This document shows, one piece after another, positions 7,341-12,917 of a stretch of 12,917 bases of DNA. The stretch's first letter is position 1. Each line of letters begins with the position of its first letter. The stretch is from assembly GCA_964648855.1 (NCBI GenBank), contig CAZYLT010000034.1:1-12917 (forward strand), in the 5' to 3' direction. The notes under the pieces are model-generated. The model did no database searches. It worked only from the letters and a program-made list of their open reading frames with translations, and was not told where the DNA came from. A program made the translations under genes and the position numbers. The stretch comes from an uncultured archaeon. Its GTDB lineage: Archaea > Asgardarchaeota > Thorarchaeia > Thorarchaeales > Thorarchaeaceae.

Positions 7341-8060
7341 TCAGAAGAGAAACAGGTACAAAATACCAGCGGCAGTCAGTGGGATGAGGAAATTATCTAA
7401 CCAGCTGATGCTAATAGCCTCCATCAGCATAACTGTAAGACCAACCACCACAAACACCGGAAGCAATGTGAGAACACTTCTTGAAGAGAATAACTGGAAT
7501 GAGAAAGCTGTTGCGACTACAGTGAATGAGAATACTGCTATACTCCCCTGCAAAGTTCGCTCATTCCCAATCAATTGATACCGTCGTGTGCCAAATGGAC
7601 GACCAATTAACTCTCCGGATCCATCTCCCCATGAAACAGCAAGAATGGCGCTAACAAAAACTGCTGGCTCTTCTGGGAATGCAAGAAATACTAGGCCATA
7701 GGAAATAATGCCTAAGGTTCCCGCGGCGAAGGTATACCAGTGGTTTCGATTCTCATTATCACGGGATGTCAGTCTTATTAGATTCCTAACTGGCTCTCCA
7801 AAAAACAGGCGTCCAAGGAATAACGGAACTAGAAACAATACAACAGCTAACAGCGGGCCTGATAGATTTTCATAGCTCACGAGCGTGATGCCAACGACGG
7901 AACTGATAGAAATATGAATCAATTTCCTTGAAATCCAGCTTGCATGCCCTCTCTCATTGATTTCCTTTGCAATTAGCAGGACTGCATATACAATCACAAC
8001 GGTCATAGCTGCCAACAGTATATCAGGCATTCCGAGCGTGCCTAAGGTAAGATTCACCAT
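7341..8060 (-). CDS. CTP-dependent polyprenol/diacylglycerol kinase family membrane protein (SEC59/DGK1/VTE5-like)
   Basis: SRKLIH, WGDGSGELIGRPFG, RTLQGS and EAISISWLDNFLIP motifs. The start is probably 8060 or 8030 rather than 8186. Confidence 0.8.
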   Translation of the reverse strand: MVNLTLGTLGMPDILLAAMTVVIVYAVLLIAKEINERGHASWISRKLIHISISSVVGITLVSYENLSGPLLAVVLFLVPLFLGRLFFGEPVRNLIRLTSRDNENRNHWYTFAAGTLGIISYGLVFLAFPEEPAVFVSAILAVSWGDGSGELIGRPFGTRRYQLIGNERTLQGSIAVFSFTVVATAFSFQLFSSRSVLTLLPVFVVVGLTVMLMEAISISWLDNFLIPLTAAGILYLFLF

Positions 8061-8261
8061 GAGTTGAATAACCACACTACACATTTTGGCTTTTTCGCCT
8101 TTTCTCGAGTTGAATTTCGGCGACACTCTTCGTTTTGCTAGGTTGCCACTCCATGCCTTAAACCCGTTGCCAGCGTATTGAATCATGTCCTGATGGTGGA
8201 TAGCAACGTATCAGGTCCTAACAGATATAAGATGCCTTAAATTTCGGAATAATGAACAAAA

Positions 8262-8567
8262 ATGCCTGAATTCGCTAACCCTTTCAGTGTTTTGAAAAAC
8301 GATAGAAAGATCACCAACTCGGAGCTAGTCCGTGCAATTCGTTTCATGATTGCAGCAGAATATGAAGCAATACAATTGTACATGCAACTAGCTGAATCAA
8401 CTGATAACGAACTAGCAAAAGAGGTCTTGATCGACATAGCAAATGAGGAGAGAGTCCATGCTGGGGAATTTCTCCGAGTGCTTTATGAGATTGCACCCGA
8501 CGAGTCTGACTTCTATCAAGAAGGAATGAACGAGGTCGAAGAAGAAATAGCTGAGAAGATGAAGTAG
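8262..8567 (+). CDS. Small ferritin-like/rubrerythrin-domain protein (half four-helix bundle)
   Basis: AEYEAIQLY and DIANEERVHAGEF (ExxH) di-iron ligands in a 101-aa protein. Confidence 0.88.
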   Translation: MPEFANPFSVLKNDRKITNSELVRAIRFMIAAEYEAIQLYMQLAESTDNELAKEVLIDIANEERVHAGEFLRVLYEIAPDESDFYQEGMNEVEEEIAEKMK

Positions 8568-8585
8568 GATTATCAACCATCCTAT

Positions 8586-8605
8586 GGGCTCAATTTGAGC
8601 CCTTT
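8586..8605 (+). terminator. Inverted repeat downstream of the ferritin-like gene
   Basis: GGGCTCAA-T-TTGAGCCC perfect inverted repeat (8586-8602) followed by TTT. It could be a terminator or an operator upstream of the ATPase. Confidence 0.45.
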
Positions 8606-8683
8606 CATCATCTTCTGATATGGTACATTCCAAAGCACTGATTAACTATATTTTATTCTACTTAGGTTGGAGGCGAACCTCTG

Positions 8684-10693
8684 TTGTCGGCTGATAATCA
8701 CAACAAATCCAAAGAACATGACCAATCATCGCATCACAGGATGATGATGAAACGGTTTCGGAAACGTTTCATAGCGTCTATAATCCTCACTCCACCTGTC
8801 GTTCTCTTGTCTCCCTTGGTACAGCAACTACTTGGGTTGGAGTTTCTTGCCTTTCAGGGATTCGAGATTGTTCTGTTTCTCCTCTCAACAGTAGTATTCA
8901 TCTATGGAGGTCAACCATTCTTTGAGGGGTTCTTTGACGAGGTTCGCGATAGAGAGCTAGGTATGATGACATTAATTGCGGTGGCACTATCAGTGGCTTA
9001 CCTCTACAGCAGTGCGGTTGTGTTCATTCTTCCTGGCACCCTCTTCTTTTGGGAACTAGTCACCTTAATTGATGTAATGCTGCTTGGGCACTGGATTGAG
9101 ATGAGATCAATCCTTGGTGCCTCGCAAGCTCTGGAGGAGCTCGTGAAGCTATTACCCTCCACAGCACACATCATCAGAGATGACGGTAATATCGAGGATA
9201 TTGAGGCGTCAAAGTTGCAGAAGGGCGACAGGGTTCTGATTAAACCCGGCGAGCGCATTCCCTCAGATGGTCAAATCGTTGAGGGGACAAGCAGTATCAA
9301 CGAAGCCATGATGACGGGAGAATCAAAGCCTGTTGAGAAGACCGTGGGTGATGAGGTAATTGGCGGAACCATTAATGGGTCAGGTAGTCTTGAAGTTGAG
9401 ATCTCCAAAGTTGGTGATGAAACATATATTGCACAGGTAATCGACATGGTGCGGCAAGCTCAACAGAGCAAGTCCAGAACGCAGGACTTGGCAAATCGTG
9501 CTGCCTTTATCCTCACTATCATCGCGCTTAGTGTAGGTAGTGTTACTCTGGGTGGATGGCTCTTAGCAGGTCAGAGTTTGGGATTTGGTATTGAACGTGC
9601 TGTTACGGTCATGGTAATCACGTGTCCACATGCACTAGGCCTGGCTGTACCACTTGTTGTTGCTGTATCAACTTCAATCTCAGCAAAGAATGGATTGTTG
9701 ATAAGAGATAGGGCTGCATTCGAGAGGGCGAGGAATCTGCAAGCAGTTATCTTTGACAAGACTGGAACACTGACCAAAGGTGAATTTACAGTGAGCGAGA
9801 TTCTTTCTTTTTCATCCCTTGACGAAACTGAGGTCCTTCAGCTTGCTGCATCTATTGAATCACGCTCCGAGCATTCCATTGCACAGGGTATCGTTCGCGG
9901 TGCTGAAGAGCAAAATGTCTCACTTTTCGATGTAGATGCTTTTGAGGCTATCCCTGGGAAGGGTGCGAGGGGGATTGTAGAAAATCAGGAGATTGTGGTA
10001 GCAAGTCCCAGCTATGTTCGGGAAACAAATGCATTGCCGGAAGACCCACGAATCGATGAAATCTCGAAGAAGGGATTCACGCTTGCCTATGTTGTGAGAT
10101 CAGAGGAAGTTATCGGTCTTCTAGCACTGGGCGATGTGATTCGGGATGAGTCTCGGGAGGCAATTCAACAGCTCAAGGATATGGGTATACAATGTATGAT
10201 GCTCACTGGGGATAATGAGAATGTTGCCAGCTGGGTATCAGACGAACTGGGCCTTGATGACTATTTTGCAGAAGTGTTGCCCGATGAAAAGGCAGAGAAA
10301 GTGACTGAAGTACAAAATCGTGGTTTGACCGTGGCCATGGTAGGTGACGGCGTGAATGATGCCCCTGCATTAGCTACAGCTGACATTGGAATTGCCATAG
10401 GAGCAGGTACAGACGTTGCTGTAGAAACCGCAGACATAGTTTTGGTTAGAAACGATCCGCGTGATGTCGCATCAATTCTAGGATTATCGGATGCCACCTA
10501 TGATAAGATGGTCCAGAATCTCTTCTGGGCAACAGGTTACAATGCCGTTGCAATTCCATTGGCGGCCGGAGTTTTGTACTCCTATGGGGTGACACTAGAC
10601 CCCGCGGCTGGAGCGTTGCTCATGTCGCTGAGTACCGTAATAGTTGCTATCAATGCAAAATTCCTCTCTGTTAATCAAAAAGAGAGCACCTAA
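8684..10693 (+). CDS. copB: Copper-translocating P1B-3 type ATPase (CopB-like)
   Basis: TGES, CPH transmembrane motif (ITCPHALGLA), DKTGT, TGD, GDGVNDAPALA, YN and MSLST motifs. Short His/Met-containing N-terminus and a GGAGG RBS. Confidence 0.93.
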   Translation: MSADNHNKSKEHDQSSHHRMMMKRFRKRFIASIILTPPVVLLSPLVQQLLGLEFLAFQGFEIVLFLLSTVVFIYGGQPFFEGFFDEVRDRELGMMTLIAVALSVAYLYSSAVVFILPGTLFFWELVTLIDVMLLGHWIEMRSILGASQALEELVKLLPSTAHIIRDDGNIEDIEASKLQKGDRVLIKPGERIPSDGQIVEGTSSINEAMMTGESKPVEKTVGDEVIGGTINGSGSLEVEISKVGDETYIAQVIDMVRQAQQSKSRTQDLANRAAFILTIIALSVGSVTLGGWLLAGQSLGFGIERAVTVMVITCPHALGLAVPLVVAVSTSISAKNGLLIRDRAAFERARNLQAVIFDKTGTLTKGEFTVSEILSFSSLDETEVLQLAASIESRSEHSIAQGIVRGAEEQNVSLFDVDAFEAIPGKGARGIVENQEIVVASPSYVRETNALPEDPRIDEISKKGFTLAYVVRSEEVIGLLALGDVIRDESREAIQQLKDMGIQCMMLTGDNENVASWVSDELGLDDYFAEVLPDEKAEKVTEVQNRGLTVAMVGDGVNDAPALATADIGIAIGAGTDVAVETADIVLVRNDPRDVASILGLSDATYDKMVQNLFWATGYNAVAIPLAAGVLYSYGVTLDPAAGALLMSLSTVIVAINAKFLSVNQKEST

Positions 10694-10727
10694 CCTGTGA
10701 TCAGGTCATGTTGCCTTCTTTCAGGTG

Positions 10728-11669
10728 TTATTGATTGGAGCTGAGAGCCCTTGCACGGTTCCATTGTACAAAAAAGGCGGAAACTCCTACTAGAATCAGA
10801 CCAAAATAATCCAATAAGGTAGGCTGTTCCCCTAGAAAGACGATAGACAAGACCACGATTTGCGGAAGCATAGTGCCATTGATGATAGATACATCTATTG
10901 CTCGAAGAGTCTGCATTGCTCTATTCCAAATTGTAAATGCCAGAGCAGTATTCACTATACCCAACCATAGTAAGTAGATCATTGATGTGGGGCTAGCTGA
11001 GGTAGTGCCTTCAAAAATAATGCCTGCTGCAACAAGAACCAGAGAACCGATTGTGATACTCACTCCCGTCACGACAATAGGTGGCACCATCTTATTGCGG
11101 TTTATAGCCCGCCCCATGATGGAAGATGTCGCATTCGCAATCACTCCTATCAGGACCACCGCAAGGCCCACGAGCTGATTAAGTGGCAAGTCAATAGGAT
11201 GGAAGTAAATCAGTACACCAACGCCTCCAACACAAATCCAAACAATTTGCTTCCCATCTGGTTTTTCTTTCAGCGAGATGGCTCCTAGAACTAGAACAAG
11301 AATGGGGGTCAAATTCAGAAGGAGCGAAACTGTAATTGCATTGAGAAGGTCAAGGCCAATAAACTGGGCTCCTTGTGTAATTGCAACAAAGACGAGTCCA
11401 TAGCCTGTTACTCTCAACCACCACTCCCTTGATTGAAGTTGTAGAGCTCGTCGCAGGTCCCTCTGAGACAATATGATGCTCATCAAGATAATGGCGGCTA
11501 TCAAGTACCTGAGTCCTGAGAATGTAATTGGCGGCAGCTCTTCCAATCCAAATTTAATGATGACCCAAGACGATGACCAGAGCAGAGTAACAAAGAGGGC
11601 CTCTGCCACTGCGACCCGATGCTGCTGAGCATCATCTTCTACACTGATTTGTGGACTATTCTGCGTCAT
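10728..11669 (-). CDS. DMT/EamA family transporter
   Basis: LWSSSWVIIKFGL...PPITFSGLRY, LKEK and FLGEQ motifs. Two EamA repeats with about 10 TM segments. Confidence 0.92.
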   Translation of the reverse strand: MTQNSPQISVEDDAQQHRVAVAEALFVTLLWSSSWVIIKFGLEELPPITFSGLRYLIAAIILMSIILSQRDLRRALQLQSREWWLRVTGYGLVFVAITQGAQFIGLDLLNAITVSLLLNLTPILVLVLGAISLKEKPDGKQIVWICVGGVGVLIYFHPIDLPLNQLVGLAVVLIGVIANATSSIMGRAINRNKMVPPIVVTGVSITIGSLVLVAAGIIFEGTTSASPTSMIYLLWLGIVNTALAFTIWNRAMQTLRAIDVSIINGTMLPQIVVLSIVFLGEQPTLLDYFGLILVGVSAFFVQWNRARALSSNQ

Positions 11670-11743
11670 GATTTCTATCTCACAGGTTGTAGCTATACTG
11701 ATATGCGGTTTAATCCATTGCCGTCCTATGACAGGTGTTTATA

Positions 11744-12388
11744 ATGGTCCTAGAATGCGTTCTTGAAATCAGTGCTGAAAATTACTACTCCTGTGAGCTA
11801 ACCAGCAAGATTCCTGTCAGAGTGTCAATTATGACGATCCATGGTGACACAGGCTTTGGTGTTCTCGAGTCATTACAGAACAGGGAATCTGACATGGAAT
11901 CGTATGTTCTCCATTTGAAAGCGAATGATAGCATACGTGAAATTGAAGTGACTTACAGGTCCCCCGAGGCATATTGGACAAGGGTGGTTCACCACCTAGA
12001 GGGCCCGTCGATCTATGATACTGTTCTTCACAGCGGTTGCATGTCCCGTCTTCCTATCATAATTCAGAATGGCGTTCAGAAGCACACTGTTCTTGCACCA
12101 TCTAGAAATAAGGTGAAAGAGATGTTAGGCCTTCTAAAATCAAGGTTCAAAGGTGTTCAACTTATCCGACTTCGAACAACTCCGTATACCAAGTCAGGGG
12201 TGACGCTAACAGAAAAGCAAATGGAGGCATTTAGACTTGCATATGAATCAGGCTACTATGCAATTCCTCGGGGAGCGAAAATTACAGAAATGGCGAAAAA
12301 ACTCGGTATCAGCAGAGTAGCCATGCAAGAACGTCTGAGGCGAGCTGAACGGGAAATCACTAAGGCATACTATATTGATACTCCATAG
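11744..12388 (+). CDS. HTH_10 (bacterio-opsin activator-type HTH) transcriptional regulator
   Basis: C-terminal LTEKQMEAFRLAYESGYYAIPRGAKITEMAKKLGISRVAMQERLRRAE. AGGTG RBS before ATG 11744. Divergent from the DMT gene. Confidence 0.9.
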   Translation: MVLECVLEISAENYYSCELTSKIPVRVSIMTIHGDTGFGVLESLQNRESDMESYVLHLKANDSIREIEVTYRSPEAYWTRVVHHLEGPSIYDTVLHSGCMSRLPIIIQNGVQKHTVLAPSRNKVKEMLGLLKSRFKGVQLIRLRTTPYTKSGVTLTEKQMEAFRLAYESGYYAIPRGAKITEMAKKLGISRVAMQERLRRAEREITKAYYIDTP

Positions 12389-12424
12389 AAACTACTACGT
12401 CATAAATCATCCTACAGTGTTCTC

Positions 12425-12874
12425 TCAGTTCCCAGACATCTCTCCAGGAGGGCAGTTTTCCATGAATTCAGATTTCAAGATGTCCATTACAATCGCATCC
12501 TCATATCTGCCGCCTGAATACATGTATTGTCTAATCTTGCCCATTCGTTTGAATCCGGCTTTTCTGTATGCTCTTTGAGCACGCTTGTTCGACTCCATAG
12601 TATACAAATGGATACTATTTAGCCCTAGTTCATGAAATCCTATCCAGAGGGTAGTTTCTGTGGCATCCGTTCCATATCCCTTTCCCTGTTGTGCAGGATC
12701 ATGTATTGCAATGCCAAACTCCGCATGCGAATTTTCCGGAGAGATTCGTGAGAGTCCCACAGTACCGAGGAATTCTTGAGTTTCTCTATCCTCTATCGCA
12801 AGAGTAAGATTGCCGTCCTTCCAAGGGGTTTCTTTTGTGGCTCTTTCAAGCCATTCTCGTTCATGTTCTCTAGA
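12425..12874 (-). pseudogene. RimJ/RimL-type GNAT acetyltransferase, N-terminus cut off by element copy 2
   Basis: Reads SREHEREWLERATKETPWKDGNLTLAIEDRETQEFLGTVGL...AEFGIAI...QQGKGYGT...NKRAQRAYRKAGF. Upstream of 12874 the sequence is element DNA rather than GNAT. Confidence 0.85.
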
Positions 12875-12917
12875 TAAACTATTTCTGACAGATTGAGTGA
12901 CCTCAACGTGTCTGAAA
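12874..12917. mobile_element. Second copy (terminal 44 bp visible) of the 4596-5145 element, truncated by the window end
   Basis: ATAAACTATTTCTGACAGATTGAGTGACCTCAACGTGTCTGAAA is identical to 4596-4639 and in the same orientation, with a different upstream flank (CTCTAG versus AAAGGC). Confidence 0.9.

Noticed and set aside
4596-12917. Composite transposon formed by the two direct copies around the MFS-copB-DMT region
   Set aside because: The MBL gene continues across copy 1 and copy 2 interrupts a different gene, so these are independent insertions.

Overview
Archaeal chromosomal window. Evidence is a crenarchaeal-type single-OB SSB, an HTH_10/Bat-type regulator, GGTGA/AGTGA ribosome-binding sites and TATA boxes; an Asgard/Thorarchaeota-like origin is only an impression. 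Most genes are ordinary: GNAT, SSB, alpha/beta hydrolase, ThiF/MoeB E1-like enzyme, YgbA-like Cys-rich protein, small membrane protein, ubiquitin-like beta-grasp protein, MFS, prenol/dolichol-kinase-like protein, small ferritin-like protein, CopB-type P1B ATPase, EamA/DMT transporter with a divergent regulator, and a second GNAT. The standout is a ~550-bp, GC-rich, transposase-less insertion at about 4596-5145. It splits a metallo-beta-lactamase-fold gene whose missing C-terminal part resumes at 5146-5316. The first 44 bp of this insertion recur identically at 12874-12917, where a second copy interrupts a GNAT gene at the window edge. The element has no terminal inverted repeats, a subterminal hairpin and AT/ATAA at its junctions. 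It carries RNA-like folds (cUUCGg and GNRA tetraloops, G-U pairs) on the minus strand, and joining its ends would create a BRE-TATA-like promoter. It is a candidate unclassified, recently active non-autonomous mobile element carrying a structured RNA.
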